From Rhizophagus irregularis (Eukaryota): a DNA stretch of 64,000 nt. Below are positions 1 through 13,681 of this stretch, piece by piece (position 1 is the first letter of the stretch; every line of letters begins with the position of its first letter). The stretch is from the NCBI RefSeq assembly GCF_026210795.1, contig NC_089433.1, forward strand, positions 4,960,001 to 5,024,000, written 5' to 3'. The notes under the pieces were generated by a model. That model was not told the origin of the DNA. It made no database searches and worked only from the letters and a program-made list of their open reading frames with translations. Both the position numbers and the translations under genes were made by a program.

Positions 1-1471
1 TAATGGTGGTATTTTATAATTCTGTGATTGACAAATAACAAATCCCTAAATTAAAAAATTTTCATCTATTGAAGTTAGAAACATGAAAATATCGTCATTC
101 GATGTCACATCATAAGTTCATTCAACGTCTTTGTTAATTCTGCGTCCAATTAGTAAAACATCATTAAAATGTATTGAATTTCAAAAATCAATTTTTAACA
201 TGCAAAGCGTAAAAGCGTTACATCGTAGAAAGACGGTCCAAAGCTCATTAATAGATTTGTCATAATGAATGCAAAATACATTATATTGAAGTGTATACTA
301 ATATATATTTTTATTATTTGATTTTCTTTTTCTTAATATGAGTTTTTCTAACATTGCGCAAAATTTTCAAAATGTTACACAGATAAATCCATCCAATAAA
401 GTCAAGCAAAGTATGGTCACGTGGTTTTCAGGTAGCACACCATACGGTTTAATTTAAGTATCGCTAATAGTATATTTAATTATGTACAAAGGCTAAATGT
501 AATTAATCATTTCGATCATGCTTCTTGAACAAAAAAAACTAAACAATAGTAAAAATGTATGTAGTGTATGCGTTTTTGGTTAAAAACAAGTATACATATA
601 TGAATTTGTGGAATTTGTGGCTTACATATAGTATGGAAATTTGATCGTACACTACATATACATAACCCCGATGGTACGTGATTTGCCTAATGTGTAGTTT
701 AAAATGAAAGTCTAAAAATGGTGTCAAAATAATATCATTTTTGCCACTTTTTATTGTATTTTCTATTTTTTTTTCTATTGTTAATAACCTTTTTTTTTTT
801 TTTAAGAAAAGAATTTAAAGTATTTTTTTTTTAATTATTTTTAAAATGAAAAATTTGCGGGAATTTTCTTAAAAAAATTAAATTGAAGTAATCATTGTTT
901 AAAAGAATAAAAATTCACGGAAATTTTTCTTAAAAAAATAAAATTTTTAATTATTTATTTTTTAACAATTATAAAAAAAAATTCGCGAGGGTTTTTCTTA
1001 ATTACTGTATTTTTTTTTAAAACAATCATTATTTAAAAAGAAAAGTTCACAAAATTTTTTAAAAAATAAAAAATTCTTAAATAATTATTGATTAAAAAAA
1101 ATTTTGCAAAAAAATTTTTCTGCTATATTATCTACATTCTATCGGTACAAGTCCTTGTATATAAACGTTCGCTTGTATCTTCTTTCTTAATATAATTCAA
1201 AATTGATTCCAATATAAGAGTTCTTATTCGATGAAAATAGTGTTTCTTAGGAGTCTGACGACCTAAAAAAAAAAATAAAGAAATGAAACGTTAGTACGTT
1301 TTTTTAACGCAATTAAACAACACTTTCCTCTCTAATATACCGTTCAGGTTCCGTCCAAGTTTCCGGAAGTCTGGAGACCACAAAAAGAAAAATAAATCCG
1401 ACGCTCCTAATAAAATTTTATTATTTATAATAAAATAAAATTGTTTATAGAAAAATGAATATTTTTTTTTT

Positions 1472-1894
1472 GGGTATTGCTAAATATCACCAGTGGTGAT
1501 CGTCACCACATGTAAAATATTTTTTGAATTTTCAAAAATTTTTGACTGAGATATTATTCTAATTATAATATAAATATCATTAATTTATGGGTAGAACAAG
1601 TTTGCCTTAGATTATAAAGGCTGTTGTTTAGATAGTTTTTGAGAAAAATAGGAAAGTTTGATTTTATAAGCAAAATACAATTTTTTGTTTTAAAAAAGAT
1701 TTTTTTTAGTCAAATTTTCAAAATTTTAGTGTTATTAGTATCTACTCAGGTTTGTTTTACACATTTATTATTTAAATTGAAATTTTTGAAAAAAAAATTT
1801 ACGATGTGTTTTTTAACTCTGGCCAAAATTATAATTTTCGGCCAGAATTAAGTGGTGTGATGACGATCACCACCGGTGATATTTAGCAATACCC
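1472..1894. mobile_element. MITE with ~39-bp TIRs, Mutator-like by TSD length
   Basis: Left end GGGTATTGCTAAATATCACCAGTGGTGATCGTCACCACA is the near-perfect reverse complement of right end TGTGATGACGATCACCACCGGTGATATTTAGCAATACCC. Both sides are flanked by T10 (1462-1471, 1895-1904), compatible with a 9-10 bp TSD. Confidence 0.85.
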
Positions 1895-2120
1895 TTTTTT
1901 TTTTAAAATGAAAAATAATAATAATAAAATAATAAAATAAGTTATATAACGGATTACAAAACCATAAAACCATAAAAAAAAAATTTTTTTTTAAAAAATA
2001 AGAACTTTGAACGTTAAGAAAAAAAAATTTAAAAAGGTATATACCGTTTAAAAAAAAAAACCGTTAACAGTTAAAAAGAAAATTTTCTTAAAAAAACTGA
2101 CGTAAAAAAAAATTTTAGTA

Positions 2121-2365
2121 GTGTACGCAAATCAAAATCCACCCACGAAAATACCACAAATCCGCTATGAATTCACTACAAAAATACCATTTTTCAACCA
2201 CAGATTCATTACCAAAATACCACAAATCCACCACAAATCCGTCATATACCTACTACAAAAGTACCATGAAAATACTACGCCACAAATCAACCTAATCGAT
2301 CACGAAAATACAACAAATCTACCACGAATCTACCACAAATCTATCACAGAGAAAAATTGCCAACA
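2121..2365. repeat. Low-complexity imperfect repeat array (ACCACAAA / AAAATACCAC motif)
   Basis: About 10 degenerate copies of (AAAT)ACCAC(A/G)AA. The overlapping 87-aa ORF simply reflects the repeat. Confidence 0.6.
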
Positions 2366-3380
2366 ATTACTTCTTTATTATTAAATAATTGAATTCTTTA
2401 ACAATAATTTATTGTATTTTTATTTAATTTTTGATAAAAAGTAATAATAAATAACAATACTTTATTTTTCCAACAATATTTATTAAAAATGATTTTTTTT
2501 TTTTGCATAATAAAACAGGGTAAATTTTTGGTACGAAATCTAAACTAAATCTAAACAATAATATGGATTAAAAGATGAATTGCAAAAAAATTAACGACGA
2601 ATTTTTTTAATTAGCAACATCCTATTTGCAATTTGGGTATCTATCCAAAAACCAATAATTAAAGTCAATTTTCATTTGATAAATTCAAAAATTCAAAGTA
2701 TTTAGAATCGTTTAAATGAAATAATATATTTTAAAGCTTATAAATGAATAATATATTTTAAACCTTATTTATTCAAGATTTTTTGCATTTTAAAAAAAAT
2801 TGTGAATTAACTAAAATATTATCTTACGACTCAATATCACTCAAAAATTTTCTTTTAATTTACCAAATTCATTTTTTTTTTCCAAAGATGATAGTGATCT
2901 GCTGCGTAACAATCACCTGCAGCGGGGACCCGCCGAAAATCTGCAGGTTCCCACCTGAAACTACTGAAACTAACGCACTTTGACGTAAAAAATGCTTGTA
3001 ACGATTCAGGGGGTCGGGTTCCAGATTAACTTTAATAAATGTACTACATTTACTATATAACAAGAAAATTATTTTATTATTCGTCTTTTAAAGTTGGGAT
3101 AATTTGATCTGAAATATTCCATAAACTCTTTTTTGGTAATTAAAAAGATAGACATCATTATAATATTGAAATGCATTATAATATTGAAATGAAATGTGTG
3201 ATAAAATATAAAAATAATATTTTAATAGAAAAATATAAAGTTAGAAAGAAATAATTTAGAATACAAATAATTTTAGGTTATAAAAGAAATATTTTTTTTC
3301 AATAAAAGACTTTTTTAGGTAAAATGTATTTGATTAAAGTTTAATTATTGAATTTAATCTGTTCGATCATTATTGGTTCT

Positions 3381-3568
3381 CCTCTAATAAAAAAAATATT
3401 TATTCCATATTTTTATTCCATATTTCCGCAAATGTATCAATATTCACGGAATAACGGAATTTTATAACCTTGAAACATGGAAATTATCCAAGTTACTTAG
3501 ATTTTTACTATAAATGTATTAACACTCAGAGTTTTTTACGGAAATTGCGGATAAAATTTTTTACAGGG
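3381..3568. mobile_element. Short MITE with CCCTGTAAAAAA-type ends (CMC/EnSpm-like)
   Basis: Right end GGATAAAATTTTTTACAGGG and internal TTCCG(C/T)AAATGTAT are shared with the copy at 25199-25302. Left end is degenerate. An outer imperfect inverted repeat spans 3359-3590. Confidence 0.6.
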
Positions 3569-5499
3569 TCGAACCAATGCTCGAGCACTGTCTGTTTAAG
3601 CTCCATCAAAATTGAGTGGATTAATAATTTATAATTCGGGTAAATGACATATGTTCACATGATTTTTAGCCAATAAAATATAGCTCACGTGATTAGTCAA
3701 AGGTTGATCATCGATCAAAGCAATTTTGAAGTCAACTTTTTGATTTTAAACTTTATCTTTTAATATCAAGGATTTTAATCTCGTAATGATTATGTTTCAA
3801 ATATAATATCACAAAATACTTATTATTCCAATTATTCCAATAGATTCAGATAAATAATTCTGCAATAAAATTCGAGCGAAGAATATCTTCAACGGACATG
3901 AAATAATAAGCTCGTTAATTATGTGATACACAAAATATACAAACATGATGCAAAACATTATTTGTATTTTGATTTCATAATGTATTATTATATGAATTTT
4001 TTTAAAAAAAATATTAAGTTAACCTGTAATCGAGCGTGGGACCATTTTTTTCTTTATTGGATAATTTAAACTAATAAAAAAAATACATGAAGTTGCGACA
4101 ATGGTAAACAAACGAAAAGGAATCATTTGAAAAAAAAATTTATTATATGGGATCAGACGACAATTTTTTAATGCAAATATGAGACGAGACTGGTCTGATT
4201 GTTAATTTTAATGGTATCACTTATTAATAATTAATACTTCATAACTTAAAAATTGATTTTTGTGTAATTTTAAAGAAAAATAAGAATTAGAATATTTTAT
4301 ATTTTATTTTATTTTATATCTTGAAAAATAAGAATTATTATATCACCATTATAAATACTTTCGATTGTTAACATATACAGTACATACATTAATGAGAGAT
4401 GATGAAATATTATTTCAGATTTAAAAACAACAATATAATTTGTGTTAATTTTACGTAGTTATTATTAGCCAACCATTTTTAAATTCATAAAATTTAGTGT
4501 AATAAATAATAAATAATTTAAATAATTAAATAATTCTAATAATTTTGGATATTTTGAAGGTAGAAAGAATTTTTCAAATAAAGAAATTTAGTCTTTCTTT
4601 TTTAGAATTTCTTTTTTATATAAATATATACATTAAAGTTAACTTTTCGGTAATCAATGTCGTACCAATCAAAGTCAAAGGAAATTATATATTTTCAAAA
4701 GGGAAATTTGTGATCAAATTAATTTAATTGGTAACACCACGCACTTAATTTCAATTTCTATATGAGGAAACTATCATCCATTGAAGATATGAACTACAAA
4801 TGTACAATGAACCAATTTTTTTCCGTTATTGAATAAGTGTACGACAAAATTTGTAACACGTAATCATCTAAAAAGGAAATCGTGTGACAACAAGTTGAAG
4901 ATCTTTCAATAATGCACGACAGAGAATTACAAATTTAGTAATAAAAAAGAAATTATGAAGGGGTTCCATGTTAATCATATTAATATCAGGACTTCAAAAA
5001 AATTTTATTCGTTATAGAATCTTATCATTTAATTGTGTAACAAATTGAGGTATTTTATTCCAGTATACTTTTTTCTTGGCTATATTGTGTAATAATTAGG
5101 TATATCAATATCATCGAATAGTTAAATTAATTTATGTTTATTTTGGCGCTTAAATTAATGTTTTTTCTTACACAACATAATATTATTTATTATAGTTCAC
5201 ATAATATTTTATTTTAATATTCTTTACGTAAATAAAGAAAATTACTATATTCAGACTTGAAAAAGGTTCAATGTAAAAAATTTATATTGTATTAAAACAA
5301 AAAAAATATAAAAATGTTAGTTTCCTGACGGACTTTTTACTTCTCTGTTCTCAACATTCACCGTAAAAAAAAACAATAATTTTTCAATTGCCTTTAATCA
5401 AAAAAGGGCAATTCCCTCATTCTTTTTATTATAACTTCATTATTTTCCCCCCTATACTACATATACCACCGTATCCTTTTTTTTCGCGGCCAAATAACA

Positions 5500-6234
5500 A
5501 TGGCACTCCTTAACAAATCGTTCATTATTATTACCATTTTGGTCGCCTGTATGTTGGCGGATGTATTTGCTGTAAAAGTAGATACTAACAATAAAGATGT
5601 CTGCAAGAAATCCGACTTAGATATAGCAAAAGGGGATCAAAATAAAGATGGTTCATGCTCGCAGACATTTATGGGAGAAATTCCAGATATTGATACCATG
5701 ATCTCAACTTTAATCCGTTTCCCTGAAAATAATGAAGTTATCCGTGAAAACGAGCCATTCACAATTAAAGCCGCAATAATCAATTTAGATACTGGATTTT
5801 TCAGTGACCCCGCAACAACTTATTATAAATTTCCACAAACCCTTGATAATAGTGGAAGAGTTCAAGGACATTCTCACGTAACAGTTCAAAAACTCAACGG
5901 AAGAGGTGTTCCCGATCCAAAAGTTTTTGCTTTCTTCAAAGGTTTGAATGAAAAAGCAAAGAATGGTATTTTATCAGCAGACGTAGAAAAAGGTTTACCA
6001 GCTGGAGATTACCGTCTTTGCACCATAACTTCTGCATTCAGTCATCAACCTGTTCTTATGCCTGTTGCTCAAAGAGGTAATTATTTTAAACAAATATGAA
6101 TTTTATTTACTGTATAAATTTGATAGAAATTATGAAAACTAATATATTTGATTTTTTTTTTTTTAATCATAGGCGCACAAGACGATTGTGTAAGATTTAA
6201 AGTTATTAAAAAGAAGAAAAACAGAAAAATGTAA
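5500..6234 (+). CDS. Secreted ~212-aa protein of a conserved fungal family (often mis-annotated 'ribosomal protein S17'); 2 exons (5500-6076, 6173-6234)
   Basis: Hydrophobic signal peptide MALLNKSFIIITILVACMLADVFA; motifs GHSHVTVQ, FAFFKGLN, YRLCT, HQPVLMPVAQRG. GT..AG intron 6077-6172 restores the C-terminus GAQDDCVRFKVIKKKKNRKM*. Confidence 0.85.
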
Positions 6235-7567
6235 AAAAACTTATTAATTAACTGAAAATTACATCCCAAAGGAAAAATTTCGTCACTTTTTAATAATTCA
6301 CGTGAATTGATTTATGTGAATGTATATTATTTTAAAGTCTCATAATTTTCACTTTTAGATAGAGTACATACTTTATAGACTTACATAGTGAATTTTTTTT
6401 TTTTTAATATAATAACTTTGAAATCTTAATTTTATCACCTAATAAATCAATGTTTGCATGTGCTTACTGCATGATTTTAATTACGCCAGTCAAATGGGGT
6501 TATATGTCGTGTTTAATAAACCGGCATAACGCCGGATCAGCAACATGCAAGTTTTTTCAAATTATGCACGCCGAGATATAAACAAAAGATGGTTTTTTTA
6601 TTGTAAACAATGATTTATAAATCCAATGGAAAATTCGATTCAATATTAAATGTATACGTTTTATATCCCTCATCCAATGATTGAATGATTGAGTTATAGT
6701 TCGGTTATTAAAAATACTGCGGTGACCAATAGGAATTAATGCTATTAATTTTGATTTCAATATTGGATTTTCTAATAAAAATATCGGTTATTAAAATCCC
6801 CGTATAATTCCTAATCGATTGAACAATAAGGACAATAAGTCTAATTATTATTTAATAAAAAACTGAAAGCTTCATTTGTTCATATAAAAGTAATACAAAG
6901 ATATAAAGATATTTATTAAATGTATAACAAAATAATACATTTTCATGAACGAAAATTCGTTATAATTACGAAAACAAATTTTTAACGGAAATAATACGAA
7001 TAATACGAATAAATACGAATAATACGATAAATATTATTTTTTTTAAAAAAAAAAATTCTTCAAGAAATTTTAATATGACCATAAAAAATGAGCACATGAA
7101 TTTCATGAATTTTTTTAACGTAAACAACTTTATTAAACAGTAATTATATAATCACTATTTACAAAGTATTTTTGTTTTTTTTTTTTAACAAATTTTACGG
7201 AAATTTTACATAATGGTTAACAATGATCAACAAAAGTAGTGTTACCATATGACATTAAGATTATTTATATCCAAAAAAATCGTTCGTCTTTCATAAATTT
7301 TTATTTGTTTATTGTGTATTTATTTGTGGTTCACATTTTTGTAAAATCCTATTTTTAGAAAAAAAAATATTATATATTATATATTGATTTTTCTTAAAAT
7401 TTACGCTTTTTAGAATTTTTTTTTTTAATATTCTGAAAGGAAACAAAACGTAATAAAATAAATATGGGGGAATACATTGCAACCCCTTTATTATATGAAT
7501 CATAAATCGTTAAATTATTTCTTTTTAAGGTTAATAATATATTTATTATTAAATAGAATTTTTTTTA

Positions 7568-7820
7568 GTACTTTGCATTATTTAGTATTATTTATTATGT
7601 TGTAAATCTTGGCAATATTTATTTATCGTAGTTCTTATAAAAACTTTTTGTACATTGCATTATTTAGTATTGTCTATTTATTAAATTGTAAAAACACTCA
7701 GGATCTTGGCAATTCTTATAAAAACTTTTCAGTACATTGCATGATTTATTATTTTCTATTATGTTGTAAAAACATTCAGGGTCTTGGCAATATTTATTTG
7801 CCATAGTTTTTATAAAAACT
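7568..7820. repeat. Three imperfect tandem copies of ~80 bp
   Basis: Repeated TTGCAT..TTGTAAA..TCTTGGCAAT..TTATAAAAACT blocks. Confidence 0.75.
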
Positions 7821-8407
7821 AAATTGCAATTGGTAATATATGAAGGACAAAATATCTTATTGTTAAAGAAAATTTAATACATTAAGATGTCGGTTGATGG
7901 TGATCTTATTGGCCGAAATAATATCTATGAGTTAAGTTATCATAGAAATATTTTAAGAAAAGTCATTAAAGTTCAAACTGCGTAGTTTAGTGTAACATCA
8001 CATGATGAACCAGATTTTTTACTGCGTCAAAGTGGAATTTTGTGTGTGATAAAAGTGGTTCATGTATTATGTGCAAAATTTTATGCAATTTTGATCATTT
8101 TTTCATTCAAATTAATTTTACAGATGACCTTCTAAAAATAATTACATATCACATGCATATTCAGGGTCGATGATATACTATTAAAATAAATTATGTGAAT
8201 TTTAGCAAATTTGATAAATTTTATGCAATTTTGTGGAGATCAAATTAATCATTTTTCGTTCAAATTAATTTACAGGCGATCTTTTAAAAATAATTATATT
8301 CAGGGTCAATGATATACTGTACATAATTAAAATAAATTATGTGAATTTTAATAAATTTGATAAATTTCATGCAATTTTTGTGGAGATAATCATTTTTCGT
8401 TCAAATT

Positions 8408-8553
8408 GTTGGTAAATCTTATAAAGATCAAGCAATATGGCTACATAATATACATGTCCAAAGGTGATGAACTTTGGTTTTTATGAATATCATGCCGAAA
8501 TGATCCAGAATTTCTCTAGGGGCCAAAGCGGCTAGGGTCACTATCCCTTAGTT
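8408..8553 (+). mobile_element. Possible Helitron-like 3' fragment inserted in the repeat array
   Basis: Unrelated segment ending in GC-rich GGGGCCAAAGCGGCTAGGGTCACTATCCC followed by TTAGT: a hairpin plus a CTAG-like end. Confidence 0.35.
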
Positions 8554-8746
8554 GTATTAAGTTACAGACGATCTTTTAAAAATAATTACATATCACGTCT
8601 TTAATCATATTCAGGGTCGATGATATACTGTACAGTACATACATAATTAATAAATTATTTGAATTTTAGCAAATTTGATTAATTCTATGCAATTTGTGGT
8701 GATCAAATTAATCTTAATCATGTTTTAATATGTACAGTATATCATC

Positions 8747-9032
8747 AGGTCTGACTCATTTTACCGACAATCATTTTACTAACAATTATCTGATGGATGT
8801 TTCACCGACATGATCATTTTACCGACAGCCATTTCACTGACAGTTTTGAAACCCTAATCCACTTACCCTAACCTTATCCTAACCCTAATCCTAACCCTAA
8901 TTTCTTAATCCTAATTTCTTAATCCTAACGATTGTCGGCGAAACATTTGTCTACGAAATGACCCTGTCGGTCAAACGTCTGTTGGTGAGATAATCGTCGG
9001 TGAAATGATCGTCGGTGAAATGAATGTGACCC
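8747..9032. mobile_element. MITE with 8-bp TSD and internal telomere-like (CCCTAA) tract
   Basis: TSD ATATCATC (8739-8746, 9033-9040). Long imperfect inverted arms built of CATTT(T/C)ACCGAC units. Centre 8851-8928 has CCCTAA/TCCTAA repeats. Confidence 0.9.
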
Positions 9033-10089
9033 ATATCATCGACCCTGAATATGAGTGACTAAAAATGTGACATGTAATTATTTTTTGGAAGGTAACATAC
9101 ATACAACACATATAACACAAGTATTGGTAATTATTATATAGTGTCATAATTACTACCAGTATTGTATTGTGTTGTAATTATTAACAATTATACAAACATG
9201 TATTATGGTATATCAATCATTTCCTTTTTTGGTGGTAAAAACTTATTTTTTGTAATTTTTTTATTTTCCAAAAAAGGATTTTTTTTTTTTTGAAAAATCA
9301 TTATGTAATAAAGTGTTGTAATATTACGACTTCAAAAGTAGTAATAGGCAATCATTTGTTATCATGTGGTAGTTGTGGTACGTAAATCAAGTTTTGTACG
9401 ACATGACAAATATCAGGACATGATTTTCTTTCCCAAATATTTTTTTTTTTTGAAAATGTATAAACTAGCTATAGACGTTCTAAGAAACTTTTTATTCATG
9501 TCTTTCAATTTAACAAGACTTGGTGTAAAATAATTGTTCCAATTTTTATATAAAAAGGAACAAAAAGTTGGAATTATTGTTATCAAATATAATTATTTCA
9601 CATTTATTAATAAAATGAAAAAAAAAATAATTTAAAAAAGTAAAGAAATCGATTTTTTTTAAAAGAAAAATGAACCTTTATATAATTATGTAAACATATA
9701 AAAATTTAGAAAAAAATTCAAAGGATTGCTGTGATATATATTATTTATAAAAAAAATCAAAAAATTCAATTACTCAAGATATAATATTTAAATTTTTTTT
9801 TATTAATGAAAATACTTTAGAAAATGATTGTGCTGATTTAACAAAGTTTTATTAAAAATAATGGTGAACTAATTGAAATAATTATTGATGAAAAAATTTT
9901 ATAATGAGATTGAGAATAGAAGAATTAATTATATTAATTATTCAAGCTATTTGTGACCCATTGTTATAATTATATCTTTTCAAGAATAATAATGAGTTGA
10001 TGGTTTCTTGATCATCAAAGGATGCTAGTTTTCGCCTGATATATTTTCTAATGTAACATACCGTATATATGAAAAATTGCATAATTACT

Positions 10090-10185
10090 CCTAATTCGTC
10101 GTGGAGCACTTCGTCCATAAGGCGTTGGAAAGTTGCGGGCGCGTTACATAGCCTGAAGGGCATAACGGTAAATTGAAAGGTTCTT
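10090..10185 (-). pseudogene. Ty3/Gypsy reverse transcriptase fragment
   Basis: Translates TFQFTVMPFRLCNAPATFQRLMDEVLHDELG, matching the Gypsy RT motif MPFGLxNAPATFQRxM. GC-richer island of ~95 bp. Confidence 0.85.
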
Positions 10186-11079
10186 AAATTATTATTTAGA
10201 AGTAGTAATATTTTTAATATTTTGGAATTAGTAATGTGATTAAATAATTGTAAATAATTAAATGAATAATATATTTATAATGATAAGTAATTGGAATAAT
10301 TTATTTGGAACGTTAACCAAATCATCACCAACTCATTTATCATTATTGTGCAACTCCCGAATTAGGGTCTTTAAAATTATTTTGATAATTGGAAAGGTAG
10401 ACATCATATGATATTACGGTTCAAATCAAAGTAAAATACAAGACCCACGGTAATATTATTACAAATAAAGTTGTAACTCGTGTTGCAACTAATGAATCAT
10501 ATAGTTTATAATTTTATGGTCGTTAGTATAAATCAATAGATTTGTAATTTACAATTACTGTACTCGAAGATTTTTTGATTATTTACCAGGATTCAAGTCA
10601 GGACTAAATATTGCCGTAGTTTTATTTGGGCGATTATTTATTGTTTTTCCATTTTACCAAGCGTAATACTTTTTTTTGGTAAATGAACCTATATATATCG
10701 CAACGTTTTCTACTTTTTCAGCCGGCGTTCCTAATCATGCGATCCAGACTCGAATCAACACAAATTTAATTATGGCAATAGAATTACAATTAAAATTTAG
10801 ATTTTAACATTTAAATACAATAATAATAAAATAACCTGCGAGACCCTAGTGGTACTATAACAATACTGTAGTGAATTACGAAAATAAAATTGACGATAAA
10901 TAAATATTTATTAAAAGAAAATTTTATTTACATTTTTAATGAGGAATACAATACATATACGAATTCTTATACAGAGATAATATATAGAATATTAATATAT
11001 AATATATAATAAAAATCGAAAATAGCGAGAATATTATACAAATTTTAATATACTGATCATTTAATATATTGAGAAATTT

Positions 11080-12491
11080 TAAATATCAAATCCAAGTTCT
11101 ATAGAACATAACCTGTATAATAAAAATAATAATTAGTTTATATATTTATTATTTTCGATTGTAGATATTATTTACTAACCATCATTATTAGATTTTCTAA
11201 AATTAATAATATCAGATTCATGTGATTTGGGGTGATTTGGTTGAATAATCTAGAAGACAAATTTACATCACGAAAGAGGATTTTAAATCAATAACAGCAA
11301 TACAGCTAATAAAATATTCTTACCTAGTAAACTCATAATAGATTCTGCAGATTTTATCATTTCGCTTAAAAGACTATTTTTGTGTAAATTATTTGTTGTT
11401 ATAGGTCCAATATCTGATGATCTCATAATTTTAGTTTTACTACATGGCTCTTTAACCGAAATATTCTCAATATTTTTTTGTAATTCAACAGCAGTTGGTC
11501 TTTCACTTGGATCAAAATGCCAACATTTTTGCATTAAATCAATATAACCTTTAGGTGCATTTGTATCAATTGGAGGACGAAGTTCATGACATACTATTTC
11601 AATAATAAGTTCTGTATCATGATTTCTATCCCAAAAAGGTCTTCTACCTGTCATTAATTCCCACATAATCATACCAATACTATATATATCTGAAGCTTTA
11701 GTATATTTTTTTATTCTTAATACCTCAGGAGCAACATATGGCAAGTTACCATATATCTCATCATCATCTTCTTCAACTAACGATGATTTACTTAGTCCCA
11801 AATCACCTGTTATTGATTGTAACCAATCATCATCTCTTATATCTATAAAAATGTTACCACTATGATAATCTTTGTGAAGTATTTCTGCATCATGCATAGC
11901 TTTAAGTCCAATTATAATATCACTTAAGATATTTAATTTTATTCCCCAGTCCATGTTGAAAAAATTATTGGTTATATAATGTGACAAATTTCCGGATTCG
12001 TAGTATTTTGTGATTATCAAAAAATTCTCGGTCTCAGGACATTGGGTAATTCCATAATATGTGTTGATTTTGTTATAATCATTAGAATTCAAATAGCTTG
12101 GATATTCACAACTCAAAACAAAATCGTTAAATATCTTGAGCTAAAAAGAAAATAAAAATCATTAATTTGCCTATTATTTATTTATTTAAAATTCAGTTAT
12201 AATAAGTTATTTTACCTCATTCAAATGTTTAGAAATTACATTTTTAGAGTTAGCAAGTTCCTTGAGAGCAACTGTCATCTCGCTCTTACATTGTTTTGAA
12301 TCATACCTTGGACCATTAATCCAAATTGCTTTATAAATTTTACTGAATCCTCCTTCAGCAATAAAATTCACATCTCTGAATTCGCTATAGGGAACATATT
12401 CCATTCTCCCTTCTTTTCTAGTTAAAGTATGTTTTATAAAATCATCAATAACTTTATTTCCGCTTTGAATAATTGGTTTTGATTGGTTCAT
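11080..12491 (-). CDS. TKL-like protein kinase (Glomeromycota-expanded family); exons 12491-12216, 12140-~11324 and small 3' exons
   Basis: Motifs IAEGGFSKIY, VALK, HKDYHSGNI, DLG, GNLPYVAPE, SDIYSIG, CWHFDPSERP. Canonical intron 12215-12141. The 3' end is approximate; the unspliced stop is at 11283. Confidence 0.9.
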
Positions 12492-13387
12492 AATTCTTTT
12501 TTTCTTTTTTTTTTTTCGTTAAAAAGAATTAATTTTATCCCTCCCAAAAATTATCCTTATATATACAAAATATATTGAATAAAAACACGTAGTTAGGAAA
12601 TAAAACAATGATTTCTTTAAACGTTAATTTAACTGCGGTAGATCGGTAACTAGATTTGGAACTAAAAAAAAGAAAATTACTACAGTAGATCACTAACAAA
12701 ATTAAAATTATATTTTATTTTTTTGGCTAAATTTTTTTTTTTACGTTACAATGCTTTTTTCTTTGTTGCATAATTTGCGATATTTGTAAAAAAATTCAAT
12801 GTTGTAATTCATTTAATTTAAACCGAGTCCTTATAATGGTATTTTAATAATTGTTTATTGAAAAAGAAAATTCTCAAGTCCGTGTAACATCGTCACATCG
12901 TGTTTAGAATTCCGGAAAATATAAACATATTCCCAATAATAGTTTTAAAGTTTGATTCTGGACACCTTTTTAAAATCATTGAAAGAGAATGGTTGGCGTT
13001 TATTACAGGAATTTCAACTTTGAATTTTTAACAATTAAGGAAATTTTAAGTTCATATAATTAAAGTTTGTGAAACATGATAAATAAACATTACGATAATT
13101 TTTCTTATTTTTAGAAATTGGGTGACGTGTGTTTCAGTAATTTAACGTGACGCGAACAACCAGTAAAATTGAAATATAAAAATTTTTTTTTTTGAAAAAA
13201 AAAAACCAGCTGAAAGATAAACCCATGTGATTTGCCTATACAAAAAAAAAGAAGCTATTTTGAAGATTGACACTTGTAATACCGTTTACTTTAATAATTA
13301 ATACGATAAATAAAAACGCCCGTTACATAGACAATATTTTAAAAGGTCAATTCCCCATAAAATATAACAAAATAATATTAACTAATA

Positions 13388-13681
13388 CCCTATAAAAAAA
13401 AATTTCTTTAAAATGTACTTAAAATATACTTAATATACTTAAAATTGCCATTTTAAGTATATTTAAAGTGTAAAATTTTGCACTTAAATTATACTTAAAT
13501 TATATTTAAATTGCAATTAAGTAATATACTTTTAATTGCAATTTTAAATATATTTTAAGTATATTTAAAAATTTTAAGTACATTTTAGATATATTTTAAA
13601 ATATATAAGTACATTTTAAGTATATTTTAAAATATATAAGTACATTTTAAGTATATTTTAAAGGAATTTTTTTTCATTGGG
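13388..13681. mobile_element. Palindromic AT-rich MITE, CCC...GGG termini (CMC/EnSpm-like)
   Basis: CCCTATAAAAAAAAATTTCTTTAAAAT..TACTTAAAAT versus ATTTTAAGTATATTTTAAAGGAATTTTTTTTCATTGGG. ATA on both flanks. Confidence 0.75.

Larger units (their letters stand above)
8078..9085. repeat. Imperfect ~140-bp repeat, 3-4 direct copies plus one inverted copy, interrupted by insertions
   Basis: ATATTCAGGGTC(G/A)ATGATATACT near 8158, 8296 and 8607. The inverted copy (AGTATATCATC..GACCCTGAATAT) at 8736-9052 is split by a MITE. Confidence 0.8.

Noticed and set aside
539..4727. Short F/I/K/L-rich ORFs in the first 5 kb
   Set aside because: Composition follows AT-rich non-coding DNA; no motifs or splice structure.
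5500..6234. Ribosomal protein S17 label
   Set aside because: A signal peptide and the absence of S17 motifs indicate a propagated mis-annotation.
8851..8928. True telomere or chromosome end
   Set aside because: Short, degenerate and enclosed in a TSD-flanked MITE.
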